Below are positions 34,801-48,000 of a DNA stretch of 64,000 nt, piece by piece. The notes under the pieces were generated by a model. It had not been told where the DNA came from. It made no database searches and saw nothing but the letters and a program-made list of their open reading frames with translations. The DNA comes from Hyphochytrium catenoides. Lineage: Eukaryota > Protista > Hyphochytriomycota. A program made the position numbers and the translations under genes. The stretch covers positions 23,430 to 87,429 of the forward strand of contig FLMG01001674.1 of the NCBI GenBank assembly GCA_900088475.1. Reading direction: 5' to 3'. Positions within the stretch are counted from its first letter, which is position 1. Each line of letters begins with the position of its first letter.

Positions 34801-37800
34801 AAATGAAGAGAGGTGCTCAGCCATAACAGTCCACAATCTCATCGTGCTAGTGAAAGAACGTGAAAAGCGGGAAATTGGACAAGGCGCCGGCGAATGCAGA
34901 GTAGGACATAAAAAGTGTCAGAGAGCGGCGGTGTACCTGGTGCAGTCGGTATCAGTAGCAGAAGCTGAAATCTGTGCAAAGGCTCTCACTTGACTGGTGA
35001 GGTTGGACGCCATAGTGTTCACATTGTTCGTGATTTCCTTCCAAGCACCTTCTACATCTTCAACCTGCGCCTGTACGCCAAGCTTTCCTTCTATGCCCAC
35101 CTATAGGAGACCAGGAGTCAATATCACGTCACTCTCTTCCATTCGAGAGAGAGAGAGATATTGTCTTGAGAGTGTCCTTACCTCTCTGGCGACTCTTGTC
35201 ACCTCGCTCGCGAAGCCCGCGAGCTGGTCCACCATCGTATTGATCGTGTTCTTCAGCTCAAGTATCTCTCCTCGAGAGTCAACGCGGATCTTTTTGCTAA
35301 GATCTCCGCATGCCACTGACTTACACACTTGAGCGATGTCTCGCACCTACGGCCAAACCAGGCAGGGACAAAGGGAGGAAGGTCAGATCCCTTATTGCTT
35401 TCCCAAATCTCTCTTCTGTGACCGCAAGAAAAGTAAGGATTAGTTTACCTGATTGGTTAGATTGAGCGCCATCGTGTTCACATTATCCGTCAGCTCCTTC
35501 CACGTGCCACCCAATGGATCCACATGTGCTTGCACGCCTAGGATACCCTCTGTGCCCACCTCTCGAGCTACACGTGTAACCTCTGACGCAAACATTCGAA
35601 GTTGGTCAACCTGGAGAAAGAGACGAGAGAGCAGATCGTTTTACATTAGACATACTAGAAGATGCGGTGAGGATGACTCATCCGTCCTTACCATTCGATT
35701 GACTGTATCCTTCAGCTCCAGAATTTCTCCCTTAACGTCCACTGTGATCTTCTTGCTCAAATCTCCCTGAGCCACCGCAGTAGTGACCGCGGCAATAGAG
35801 CGCACCTGTGCCGGTAAAGAGGGTGGAAGGCGAAGACCAGGAAGGAATGTGTTAGATCCTGCTAGAACAAACAAGGGTGTTGGCAATCATTCTTCGTACC
35901 TGGCTGGTGAGGTTGTTGGCCATTAAGTTCACAGTGTCTGTTAGAGCTTTCCAAGTACCATCGACGCCCCGCACCACAGCCTGACCACCAAGCTTACCCT
36001 GAAAAGGATAGGGAGGTCACCAATGAGCATCCTGACAACAAGAGACAGAAGCTAGATTGGGAGTGTTCCTTACCTCCGTGCCGACCTCTAGACTGACTCT
36101 GGTTACTTCTGTCGCAAACTCTTGCAGTTGGTCAACCATAGTATTGATCGTGTTCTTCAAGTCTAGAATCTCGCCCTTTACGTCCACCGTGATCTTCTTG
36201 CTTAGGTCGCCCTGGGCCACAGCCTTTGTGACCGCTGCGATAGAGCGCACCTACAGCGCAGGAATATCGAATATCCTTATGAGTCAAAACTGCACTGGCC
36301 GATTTCCGCATAGACTATTGCTTCCGAAGTCTTACCTGGCTTGTAAGGTTGTTTGCCATGAGATTCACAGTGTCCGTCAGCGCCTTCCAAGTACCATCCA
36401 CCCCACGCACCACAGCTTGACCGCCAAGCTTACCCTGTTACGATCAGCGGTAAGTAGAAGGTAACAGGTGACCAGACAAAGCGGCAGGTCAGGCCATGAC
36501 AAGGTAAACAGGATGGTGTGTAGAAGTTTGCAGACTTAAATTACCCAGAGGCGTGCCGGTAAGGACACTGCAGGTAGATTCTAGCCTCCTGCGCTGTTCA
36601 TCACTCTCTCAGTGATTTCTTACCTCTGTGCCGACCTCCAGACTGACTCTGGTTACTTCTGTCGCAAACTCTTGCAGTTGGTCAACCATAGTATTGATCG
36701 TGTTCTTCAAATCCAGAATCTCTCCCTTTACGTCCACGGTGATCTTCTTGCTTAGGTCTCCCTGAGCCACGGCCTTTGTGACACCCGCAATGGAGCGCAC
36801 CTTAATAATAGAGGAGTACGGGCCCAAGTAAGTCCCTGGTCAAGCGAAACGCACAGAGAGACACCTATCGTTACCTGGCTCGTCAAGTTGTTTGCCATAG
36901 TGTTCACATTATCAGTTAGGAGCTTCCACGTGCCAGCCACATTGGGGACCCGCGCCTGAACGCCGAGCTTGCCCTAAAGAAAGCAGAGGGATAACAGGTT
37001 AAGATTGATATCGGAGACACTACTAGTGAGCTACGAGGAGACTCAAACTTCATCTAACAAATTTAAACATGGGACACACTTGGATGCACACAAGGCAACA
37101 GGAGCTATCAATGCTATAATACCCTCCAGCCTGCAGTCCTTACCTCTGTGCCGACCTCATGGGCCACACGGGTTACTTCCGATGCAAATGAGTTCAATTG
37201 GTCAACTAGACGAGGGAAGAAGGGAAAGGACAAGTCGGTCAGTCCCTATACACGCCGCCGATGGAAAAGTATAGAGTAGGCAGGGTAGGCAGCGCCTGGG
37301 CCCTATGCAGCAGCCATGGAAGAGAAGCGGACTGCAGTGACAAGTTGAAAGTCTAACGAGACTGACCCATAGTGTTAATCGTGTTCTTCAGAACCAGGGT
37401 TTCTCCCTTTGCTTCCACAGTGATCTTCTTGCTTAGATCGCCATGAGCGACGGCGGTAGAGACTTCAGCAATGTCTCTCACTTGCTCTGAGTGATTGGCA
37501 GCCAACATATTAAGATCGCACACAAATTCTCTCCATGTTCCGGAGAACCGAGAAGGATCTGTCTGAAGTCCAAGCTTTCCGTCTACCACTTCTCTCACGT
37601 AGTAGATAGTGGTCGTCGTAAACAGCGTCAAGAGGTCCAGGAGAGAGTGCAGAGAAAGAACAAAGGGAAGAGAATCGCAATCCCCCACGGGGCATTGCAC
37701 CCGCTGTGAGAGGTCGCCTTTGCAGGCCTTGTCAAAGATGTCAGCGCATTGTCGGAAGCAGGAAGGGCAGAGTTCGCGGGGATGGCGCTCGGCAGTGTAG

Positions 37801-38836
37801 GAAGTTGGGAACGGGAACCTGCGGCAATGAACGACACAGTCAGTCAGAAAGGAGTGAGATGGCATAGCCCACCGCTGAGGAGAAGATGCGTCACTCTTTA
37901 TGCCAGAGACAGGCTAGAACAGATCAGATAGCTCAGGGAAAAGGACCTTGTGGATACCTTTTGGAGATCTCCATGGATCTCTGAGCCTTCAATCTCCTCT
38001 TCCCAACCAAGTCCAACGAGTCGCTAAGCTGGCAGCTTCTCTTTCCTCCACTGCTTCTGCCAACTTCAGGAACCACGTCCAGTTCCTCGCAATCGTCTTC
38101 ACACTCATCTGAGAGGGGAGGTGTGGTCATGACAGAGGACCAGCTGTTGCCTGCGTTCAACAATCCACCTTTGCTATTCTTTTGTGCGCCATTCTCATCC
38201 CCTTCACAAACCACTTCCACGAATGCTTCTTCCGCATAGCACGTCGTTAACTCCTTTAGTGCTGTCTTGGTCTGACCCAGCTCAAACTCCAAGTGAATGA
38301 CCCGGCGGGTAACCTAGGAACAGTTATACGAAGAAGAAGAAGGGAGAAGTCGAGTACGTGAGACAGTGCTCAAGAGAACAGAAGCAGCCTTCCGAAGCGC
38401 GAGAACGAGCGCGCAAGTGACCTAGAAGATCGATATAGTTTCATCTACGCAATGGAGGTCGACGGCCACGCCTCTTAAAGAGACATTAAAAGCCGCTTTC
38501 TTATCCTCCTCCCAGGAGTTCCAAGCCCTAGCCGCTCGGATAGCTTACCTTCTGTAAGGCAGCCTCTAGCTCCGTCATCGCCGGATCCGACGCACCTCCA
38601 AGATCCAACTTCTGATGGCAGTTGACGCCATCGCCCTCTGCCAAAGCTGAGAGAAACTCTGCGAGCCTCTTCATCGTGGCGCCATCACAGCAGACCATCG
38701 TAGGAGACGAAGAGGATTCCTCTTCCGCCTCTCTACTCCGTTGCTCCGCGTCTGAATGTCGCTGCCGCCACTGTTCTTCTTCTACGGTCGTGGTTTCTTG
38801 ACGGCCGTTTTCAGTGTGCAGAGAAGCCGGCGGCAT
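31810..38836 (-). CDS. NIK1: Group III (Nik1/Os-1-type) poly-HAMP hybrid histidine kinase; exons 38836-38549, 38313-37958, 37818-37367, 37205-37144, 36973-36875, 36800-36624, 36434-36336, 36250-36074, 35998-35900, 35805-35692, 35610-35449, 35346-35182, 35100-34937, 34792-34627, 34542-34392, 34298-34126, 34064-33860, 33798-32908, 32734-32184, 31998-31810
   Basis: About 7 HAMP units (VRxIAx[10 protein letters not shown]..[17 protein letters not shown]..EVTRV..EGKLG), H-box [16 protein letters not shown]-box [11 protein letters not shown]1 DTGIGI, F/G2 boxes [19 protein letters not shown], pseudo-receiver LRYIPMVL and receiver LAEDN..LMDVQMP..ALTAHA..DEYVTKP. All junctions are GT-AG and in phase; the first two exons are less certain. 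Confidence 0.92.
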
Positions 38837-41800
38837 AGTCGTCGCCAACTTGGCGGCGTGTGTCCGAGCAGATAGAATGGAGGCAAATGAAGTGAGGAAA
38901 AAGATAGCTGCAACAGGAAAAGAAGAGGGAAGAATGAACCTGGAGGTCAGTGCACCAAGGGAGAAAAGGTGAGCAGCAAGCCTTCAGAAGAATAAGAGGT
39001 TGAGCTCGATCTTCCTCCAAGGGCAAGCAGCAAGCAACAGGGGAAAGAGCTGCCAGAAACGAAGGGGTCGGGGTTAGAATGTGAGAGGCGAAGGTTGGAT
39101 AGCTGAGCTGGTTCACTGCTGGAGTGTGAAGCGGGTGTGAGTTCTGTCTGCCTACATTCAGTTCAGTAACAAGGCGCCAGGAAGCACAGCAACAGCAGCC
39201 TTACCTTACGCCCATTGCCGTCACGGTGAGAGCTGAGGTGAGGTCGTAGAGGAAGGTGCAGGGAATGGACACTTCAGGGTGGGAAAGGTGGGGAGGCAAG
39301 CCAAAGAACAGAAAGAAATCAGCGGCAAACAGTGCGACTGGCTCTTCCTCCTTCCCTCCCTCTCTCTGCGTGGTCTACAGTGCACTACTTTAGGCCCTCG
39401 TCTTCCACAGTGTGGAGAAGCAGCGCCAGGCTTGCCTGTGAGAGAGGAGGGAAGAAGACCAGCAGCATCACAGTCGAAGGCAGCGGAAAAAAGATCTAGT
39501 TGTGAGGCAATGGCAGGGATCTTCCTTCTTATGATGATGAGCATCCTCCTGCGTCATCACGAGGACAGAACGGCGAAGACAGAGTGTGGCCGGGTGGGGG
39601 TGAGAGATAGAGGATAAGTTGTGCGAGATGCCCAGGCCGTCACCTTGCCGTCCAAAGCCCCGTCAGATTGTTCCCCCTAATATTTTTACTATAAGAAAGA
39701 GAGAGGGCTATTCAGCTCCCCACAAGGCGCGGTGGGGGAAGGGCAAAAAGCACACGAAATGGGTCACCAGAGCGCGCTTTTGTACGGTCTCGAGCCCTAA
39801 ACGGTGCAAAGGCCTAAACAGAGCGGAACCGTCATTGTTCTGCTCAGTAATAGACGAGGCATACCAGAGGGTAAATATACGGGATCAAGGGCGTAGTAAG
39901 AGGTCTGTAAAATGTCTACCCACCCAGTGGGGTCCTACATCACTGGTGCGTTGATTTAGAATAGATGACGGTTGAGAAAGCCTCATTCCGGAGAGGGGGA
40001 GTCGGATTTTTTGTTAGGTGAGGCACCAGGTGGTGTCCCTTGTGCTACAGGTTGCGGCCCTGTCCTCACAGTCCTGTGTGTTACTTAGTGTAACGCCTAA
40101 CTATCTTGCTCTGTGAAAAGTGTGGGTGATAGTGATGAGGATAGTCCAAGGGTGAGAGACAGGCGATGGCCAAGTGGCGCCAATGATCTGTATGGTGGAA
40201 GGGAACATAGGCCGTGGATGCACAAGTGTACGGAGCAGGACTATGTACTGGCCAATATGACCTCGGATGGTATGGTTGGGGCTGAGACATGAGGCCTTCT
40301 CATCAGGGCTGCACTTCCATTAGAGGAGGTAACGCAGGATTAGAGGATGCAACGCAGGCATGACTGGTGCTTGTCCTTGCCCGTCAAGTCGAAGAGGCTA
40401 GAGTTGATGATGGCTTTGACGACAGTGAATGCCCAGTCACCCTGCCTCCTTCTTCCGGCTATAACCATCAGACAGGAGGAAATCATGGGTCGCATTGCTT
40501 TTTGCAGTGCTCTTAGCGGAGCTTCATCCTCTTCAAAGATTGGACTAAGGAGTCTCTCTTCTTTAGCGCACAAACGTCATAGCAGCTCTCTCACGTATTT
40601 GTGGATACTGCCACCAGATGAGTCAAGCGAAAGAAACCTCTTCTATGTGATTGGAGTTGCTGCCATGCCATCACTACCAAGAGCTATTCAGTAAGTAGTC
40701 AGTCGTTCCTATGACTTTCGTGCAACGAGATGGAAGGGAGCGAGGCGGTATAACTTACTGACACTCTCTACGTAGCTGCTAGCAAAACAAGCGCTTGCTT
40801 CTCTTGACCTTTTTGCTGATGACGAGTAGGAGTGGTGCGCGTAGAAGAAAGACGTAAAACATAGTAAAAAAGCAGAGCCTCTTTCTTTCTGCTGGTCTTT
40901 CATGCTTTACCATAATAGATGCTGCAGCCGTCACATGAGTGAGAGGTCCTTTGCTTGTGTCCTACTCGCCCCACGCATCCCACCCCGTTGCCCACCACCT
41001 CAGCCGCTGCCCGAGAAGACTCGCTGAAGTAGAAGAAGAAGTGCTGTTCAGTGCTGGGAGGCCCTAGTAGGATACTATTGGAGAATCCCGCATAAGCATA
41101 CCTTAGTAGGGGATTGGAGCAACAGACGATCCGACGTGAGGAGGAGGACCAATTTCAATGGCTTTTTGTCTGGCAGTCAAGCCCATAACCGTCTGCCGTC
41201 GTTCCGCGTAGCTAAGTGCTCCTCCTTTGCAAGAATCTGTTAGCCACAAGCCCTCCTCCTTCTTAGGCAAAAGCTCTGTTCCCTTTCACTAGAACGAACA
41301 AAATCTTCATCCTTGCTAGCTAGCAATAGTAGAAGAAAGAAGGAGGAGGAAAGAAGACATCGGGCAGAGCAGCTTGCACACCGTCAAGGAACTCAAGATA
41401 TACAGGTAGCTTGAAGATATGATATTTTTAGTTGATGGCTGTATGGGTGGTGAGGCTTGCGGTGAGGTTACATTGACGCCACCCGCTTCTTCTTTTAAAG
41501 GGAGCCCTGCCTCTTGTCTGCCACTGTCCCTGCTCCAAAGGGACGCAGTGGTGCTGGGGCTGGGTCATCGTGCGCTAACCTACTAGTAGGCTCTCTATGG
41601 TGCGCCAGGCTCGCTGCTGGAGTCCCGTGTCTGATCTTTCTTCTCCTCACTTGAACTTATCGCTCTTCTCCGTCTTCGTGTCGTCTGAATGAGCCTATTA
41701 CTAGGGCATGACGCTAATGAGGATTCCCCTTAACTATATTTTAATGTACATCAAATGATCTTCTTGGAGATCCTGCGCTGTGGTGGTGGCCGTTGTTATC

Positions 41801-43496
41801 CCCCGCTTGGTGCTTCAGCTGTTATTGTGGGTCGGGTCGGTCAGGAGGAGGACGCTCTAGTTGCTGCTTGTTCTTGCTGTGGTCGGTTCGTCGCTCTTGT
41901 TTGTCCTTCAATCGTTCCTTGTCGTTTTTCTGTCTTCTGTTGGTACGCTGGTTAGGGCTGCGGTTGTGGTCCCGCTTGCTCTCCTCCTCTCAGTCTCTTC
42001 TGCTGCCTGCGCTCTGTGGTCCTGTTGTCTCCTCTGTTCTACGGGTATCCTACATGCCTGATCGTCTATTGCCTCTGCTGCTGTCGCGGCACGCCGGATG
42101 GGCTCTGGCGCCTGGGGACCGGCCACTCCGGTTCCTCTCCTCTGTCGCTACCAGTTCGCCCAATGCCTTGTGTACCGCCACAACGCATGACAAGCTGCCG
42201 CTGTCTGACAATGGTTCTCCTCTCGATTCTGAAAGTAGCAGCCCTGTAGCACTCGGTGATTTCCCATTCTCCGCTTAATTCCCCTTACATATTTTACCTG
42301 CTGACGTCTCCTTTGATAGCATGGCGAGCATCTCTTGAGGTTTGTCGGGTTCTGTCTGACTAGGTTGGGTTGCTCGCTTGAAGATATAATTCTGCTGGCC
42401 ATCCAGCACCAGCAATTTCTATAATGATGCCCCCAAAGCAGACGGTAAAGTCTGTTGCTTGCAGAGCGACAAGCGAAGTGGTACTTCGTCGTCGGTCCTG
42501 GTTGCGGCTTGATAGTATTTCTCTCCTCCTGCTAGTTGTGAGCGGGCGAAGGCTAGAAGAAGAGACAGTTTGTTGCGGGTAGTCCGGGAAGGGCGCGCTG
42601 GCCACCAGCCGTTAAACGGGCTCCTATGTTCCTTGTGCCTCAGTCTAGACGAAGGGAATCACTTCCTTTCTTCTTTTCTCATCTTGTCCTGGAGGGGCCT
42701 ATGTGTAGTTGTCATCGTCATCCTCCTCTTACCTACTCTTCTGGTGCCAGCTGCCGTGGTGAGAAGTGTCTTTGTTACTGATGACAGAGCACAATAACTA
42801 ATTCACCTTTGGCTCATGATCCAATCGTTGCTCCGCCACCTTAGAGAGTAGGCTTAGGCGACGACAGGTGTTTGGCTTATCCTTTATTTAGAGAAAAACC
42901 TCGGTTAACGCCATCTAACTTCTTCAGCGGTGCCGCAATAGGTGTCCATTTTATAAACAAGAAGAAAACGTCGTGCTTACTATTATATACTGGCCCCGGC
43001 TGTGTGTCGCTTACTATTGGCAGGCTTGAGAGGAGGCCCAAGGCCCGTAACTGGTGGCGAATCCCTATTAATAGCGTTGACGACACAAGCGAGGCTATTA
43101 GGTAGACGGCTCATCGGACGTCACGGGTAGCTGCTTCTATCTTCTATTATGCTACGGGTGGCACTCCACTCCTTCGCTCCACGATGAGTAGGAAGAAGGT
43201 GAAAATGATAGTAGAAGACTTCTAGTGGGAAGCAGCAGCTGATCTGAGTAAAGAAGAGTAGCAGTAGAGACGGTGAACCCTTTTTTCCGCCTCTTCTGAG
43301 GGCTTCTGCTTCCGCTACTACTACTGGGAGGGGCACTGACAATAGGAATCCACCCATCATGTTCCACAGTTCAGGGTTAGTGCCAACAAGAAGCGCCGCT
43401 TGTTTATTTTTTGTTGTTCCTTTATACCTCATCAAGACTATAAATGGCGTTCATTGGTCACACGGCAGATGGCCACCACCGTCGCTTCTTCCTTCG

Positions 43497-45017
43497 TTAG
43501 CTTGGACCTGGTTGTTCTTTTATATCGGCAGATGGCGTTGTCCTCTTCTCTTCATCAGACTTCTTATGTCTTCTGTCTTGAGAGGCTTTATATTCTCCAT
43601 AGCTCTTCTGTTCTACATAAGCCGCAACAGCCTCGCTAGTCTGGTCGAGTGGCGTCTCTGTCAGCCTTACGCGTGATTTAATAATGAGACAATCGTCAGG
43701 GTGTCGGAAGCTTGAATAGACGAGCTTCATAGCCATGTAGACTATCGTGCATCCGCGGTTGAGGCAGAAGTCCTTGACAGATAATGTCAGCTTTGACTTT
43801 GTTGAGTCCTCCTCAACAGTGCTAGAAGAGCTGTGACTTCCTACTATGTCTTGCTGCGCAAGACCATGCGCAAGATCAAGCTGATAGAGCCTGTATTTGT
43901 CTCCAAGCTCTGAGTAGATAAAAGCAAGACATACCATAAAACCAAGAAGGTTCAGCAGCTGCACATAGCGAAGGCGAGGTCTGTCAATAAGACTGAAGCT
44001 GTCGTAGAAAAGGAAAATGCAGCAGAAGCCACCAAAGATGCCAACCGCCCCGGACGCACTGAGAGGTGATTGGCCAAGCAAAATATAGTACCCAGTACAG
44101 CAGAAGAACATCTCCATCATAAGGAGATGAGTCTCGTAGACATTCGCACATCGCTTTACCAGGTCCCAGCTCATTAGCGAGGTAAAGGTCGTGCACAGCC
44201 AGGAGACAGATATCCCGTACAGGATTAAAAGCGCTGCTCGAACGTAGCTATTCTGGCCAGTCTCGGAAGGTCCAAAGTTTAGATAGAAGCCAATAATCCA
44301 GCCCAAACAACTAGTGATCCACATTCCAACAAGTTCCACGTTTCGGTTGTGTCTTCTTCGCCACCATTTTGAGGCTCGGTCGCCCAGTATCTTGGCCATA
44401 ACAGTGTCATTGCTCTCCTTCAAAGAAAGCTCGGTATAAGGGTACGTAGGAAAGAGAGCTTTCTTGAATTGCAAAGGTTCTGCTCCTTGTCTTTTACCGT
44501 TCACGATGGACACCGCTCTTTGTCTTGACTTCTTTCTGCCGTCTTCTCTGCTGACAGTCGCACTATCGAGATGGTACAAGCCTTCTACATGTGATTGGAC
44601 GTAGGGGTAACTGGCTTGGGCCCCGCTTTTGTCCGCCTTATCTGGTGCAACTCTTCCGGCGGAGCAACCGGATAATCTTCCCACGATGGATGTTGTTGGA
44701 CAAGACAGTGTAGTTACAGACGGAGTTAGTGAAGAATTATGCAATGGACGGCTTCCGAGTACATCCGGCGTCAGAGAGGTCCGACAACAGCATGCAGGAT
44801 AGGCCTTGGATCTGTTGAGGACTCCCTCGATTGCGGCTTTGGTCTGCAACAGAGGAGCCGTAGTGCCTTCGTCTAACGAGAGAGAGCTGGCACCCAACCT
44901 GGCAAGGGAGGCGATCAGGGCGTGGCAGATCTCTCCGATGGAAGCAGGGAGGGGTGCGATATCACCCTTAGCTTTACTCTGATCCTCGCCCCTTGCGTTG
45001 AGGTGCATCATGGGCAT
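43497..45017 (-). CDS. Uncharacterised ~6-TM membrane protein, paralogue 4 (506 aa)
   Basis: Same family motifs: FPTYPYTELSLKESNDTVM, LMSWDLVKRCANVYETH, RPRLRYVQLLN, KDFCLNRG, KLVYSSFRHPDDC. Confidence 0.85.
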   Translation of the reverse strand: MPMMHLNARGEDQSKAKGDIAPLPASIGEICHALIASLARLGASSLSLDEGTTAPLLQTKAAIEGVLNRSKAYPACCCRTSLTPDVLGSRPLHNSSLTPSVTTLSCPTTSIVGRLSGCSAGRVAPDKADKSGAQASYPYVQSHVEGLYHLDSATVSREDGRKKSRQRAVSIVNGKRQGAEPLQFKKALFPTYPYTELSLKESNDTVMAKILGDRASKWWRRRHNRNVELVGMWITSCLGWIIGFYLNFGPSETGQNSYVRAALLILYGISVSWLCTTFTSLMSWDLVKRCANVYETHLLMMEMFFCCTGYYILLGQSPLSASGAVGIFGGFCCIFLFYDSFSLIDRPRLRYVQLLNLLGFMVCLAFIYSELGDKYRLYQLDLAHGLAQQDIVGSHSSSSTVEEDSTKSKLTLSVKDFCLNRGCTIVYMAMKLVYSSFRHPDDCLIIKSRVRLTETPLDQTSEAVAAYVEQKSYGEYKASQDRRHKKSDEEKRTTPSADIKEQPGPS

Positions 45018-48000
45018 TTACTCCGTTCCCTCAAAGTCCGTCACGTGAGGACGAAGCTTCTTGCGGCCGCCCTCTGCTGCCATGCAACAAATAGATTGGC
45101 CCCTAGGTTTGGGTAATTCTTTGCCCTTGATCAGAACCTTGCTTTTCGAATGAGCGTTGTTACAGGAGGAAGCCCAAAGTAACAAGAGCTTACTCCGACC
45201 AGCTACTTAACGGCACCGCCGGAAGTACGAAGGATAATAATATAACTGATAAATAGAGAAAGTTAGATCGACGATGGAGTGGAGAGAAGAAGAGGACTGC
45301 AGGCCATTCAACCGCTGCTGTTAATCGCTTCCGTTGCCTTACAGCTTATCTATAATAAAAGGAAGTGCAGTCTTATCCCTCCTGTCCCGTGTCATGAGCA
45401 GCAGCGACAGCGATAAGGCCTTAAAATCCACCTGCTGCTGCGAGCACTTGTAGTAGGTAATAATGAACCCTTAAATGACGGATGGCATCAAATCGTTCCG
45501 CCTCTGTCTTCCATCACCACAACCTTAGTAGCTGCTTATCTTCAAAGCCACCAGTATGATGTGAGGACAGAAGAATTCACTCAGTCAGTCGTAGCAATAA
45601 GATTATGCTCCGCAGCAGCACGAAGAAGAGTGGAGGTGATGCCGACGCTAGTAAGAGTTCTTCATGATCTTTCTCGCTCCGCACCGCGACTAGGTAAAGG
45701 AGGGAGCAGCAAGTGCGAAGTGCTACGCTGATGAGGGAGCAGCAGCAGGAAAGAAGAAGACGGCCGAACGTGAAAAAAGGACTGAAGTCTTCGTGAGCGC
45801 TGGTGGTTGCACGGCCCTAGGAGTCATTGGCCGTTACAGCGCTATCCGCTAACGGCTGAAGCCATTGGAGTTGGAATTATCCATTCTTGAGCGTTAGCAG
45901 CTCTGAGCTTGGCTGAGTGCATATACCTGCATTCTTAGGGGGGAAGCAACAGCATTATAAAAGGAGCATATCGGATTCTTCCCACCGCAGACTCTTCTCC
46001 TCCAGCAGGAAGTTGGCTGCTCCAAAGGCAGGCGGAAGAACCAGCGCCCAGCTGCGGCGCGATAGTAAAATTATTCCAGTAAACTACCTGTTTTTGTTGA
46101 TCTTGCTGCTCCAGAGTAGAAGAAAGCGTCCATCATGAACGCCCCGTGGTGGGATAGTAGAGCAGCTTCTCTTCTGTCTCGTCGTCAACACCTTGGTCCT
46201 TAAGATTGCAATGTCCCTTACTTCCAGCATCATTCTGGCAGGCAGCCTTCTTCTCTTGGGCCTTTTCCCGCAAGAATAGGAGCTTTGGTGGTCATTGTGT
46301 CCCGAATAGTAGATAATAATAGCGCTTCTGTCCTTTGTCGCCAATCTCCAGACCTCCTATTCTTCTGCTGGTGGCTGTCGTTCTACCTTCCTCCTCCCAT
46401 TCATCATCTGCTTCTCTTGCTCCAACGGCCTCCGCTGCTGGCTCCCTACTGTTTCCCCACCTGTCTGTTGTTATTCTAAGTTCCCCATGTTGTTGTAGAT
46501 ATAGCGATGGTCATCCTGCTGCTCGTCTTCAAAGAGCTGGAGCTGGGAAGTCTAACTTCCCAGGATCCCAGTGCGCCAAACAAACGTGATTTTAACCTCT
46601 AGCCTTGGCAGGCCTGTCATGCCTTCCTTCCCCCACGATACCATCATACTTATTCCCGGAGGCTCTTAGCTAGGAGACCACTGGAGGAGTATGAGAAGAC
46701 TTGTCCGGCTCATCCACCGAGTACTGAGGAGAGCGGCTACAACTTGTATCAGGAGCTACTGCGGGATCAGCAAAGCCACGCACCTGTTAACTACTTCTTG
46801 CTGCTCTTAATTATCATTATTCACCGCGCAAGTTGTTCCTTCCATCTGCCCAAGGTCCACGTAATATAGTTAATACCATTATCCTGCTGCTCAAAGGGTG
46901 CCCATGGCAGTTAGCAGACTATGTCAACGTTTATATTTTCCTCCCATTGAGTACTACTAAGCCGGTAGATGTCCTTCAGGTGGGTTGAGTAAGTGCAGCC
47001 ATGAGATTAGTAGCTCTGCCTGCATCAAAGAGTATCAACGAGGTCTACACTAGTAGATGTGCCTCTTCTTAGACTGCCATCATCACCTATGTATCTATCT
47101 TGCACTCCGTCCGTCATCATTTCCGGGAGAGGTTCCTGCAAAGCACTTAGGGTAGGGAGGCCACCTCACCGTTACGCAATGCTCAAGAGTAAGAAGAAAA
47201 AAAAAGTGGCGTTAAACAGGGCTGAAAGAGGTAGCGTTCAGGCCGCCCTTCACGACCCTATTTCTATACACAACAGCGCATAAGTCGGTGCAGTCTTGAG
47301 AAGGAGTGGACAAGGCGAGAATCGGACGGCATAATAGACGAGGTGCTCATCGCTCTGAGGTAACTGCATAGATCTTAAGTAGCCTTAGGGTGCAGCATCG
47401 CAAAGTTTAACCGCCATCGATCTGGCTTCAGAGAAGAAATCGCTTTCCTATTGACCGATGGATGAGCAAGTGTAGGCTGGACATGAACTGGAGTTCTGCT
47501 CCCTACAAATTACGTTTATCTTTTTAAAAATGATAATGAGGTTATCGTATGTGATAACGAGAGTAGTACGTTTCCCCGCCCAGATTTCCTCCACTCGGAC
47601 GGACCGTCCATACTAGTTTTGAGGCTCTCGTGTTCCTCCTCACGGTATCATCACAGACCGTCATGAAAAAAACGTCTGCTGTCTCTCTACTACTCCTGTT
47701 GTTCTCCCATTCTTCTGTTGTCGAACATCCACTTGCTGAGAAGGAAAAGAAGAAAGGAAGATGTCGCTCCTTTTCCTCGTCGGCTCTTGGACAGAGGCAC
47801 CAAGAGCCTGCTATGACCTGATCTTAAGGAAACCGCTCGTCCTACTAGGTAGTAGCTCAGGTAACGAAGGAATCAAATGTTAGCACAAAGGAAGACTTTT
47901 TTATGGTGGCAAGTCATGGCAGGTCCTCCTGCATCCTTCTTCGAAGTCGGGTCGTGGTGTTGTGGCTGTAAGTAGCTGTTGCTTCTTCGTCCATCTTCTT

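Noticed and set aside
35100-37500. Regularly spaced repeats that might suggest a CRISPR-like array
   Set aside because: They are coding HAMP exons separated by spliceosomal introns in a eukaryotic gene.
39850-42900. Possible decayed retroelement or gag-like sequence
   Set aside because: No RT, integrase or zinc-knuckle motif could be read with confidence.
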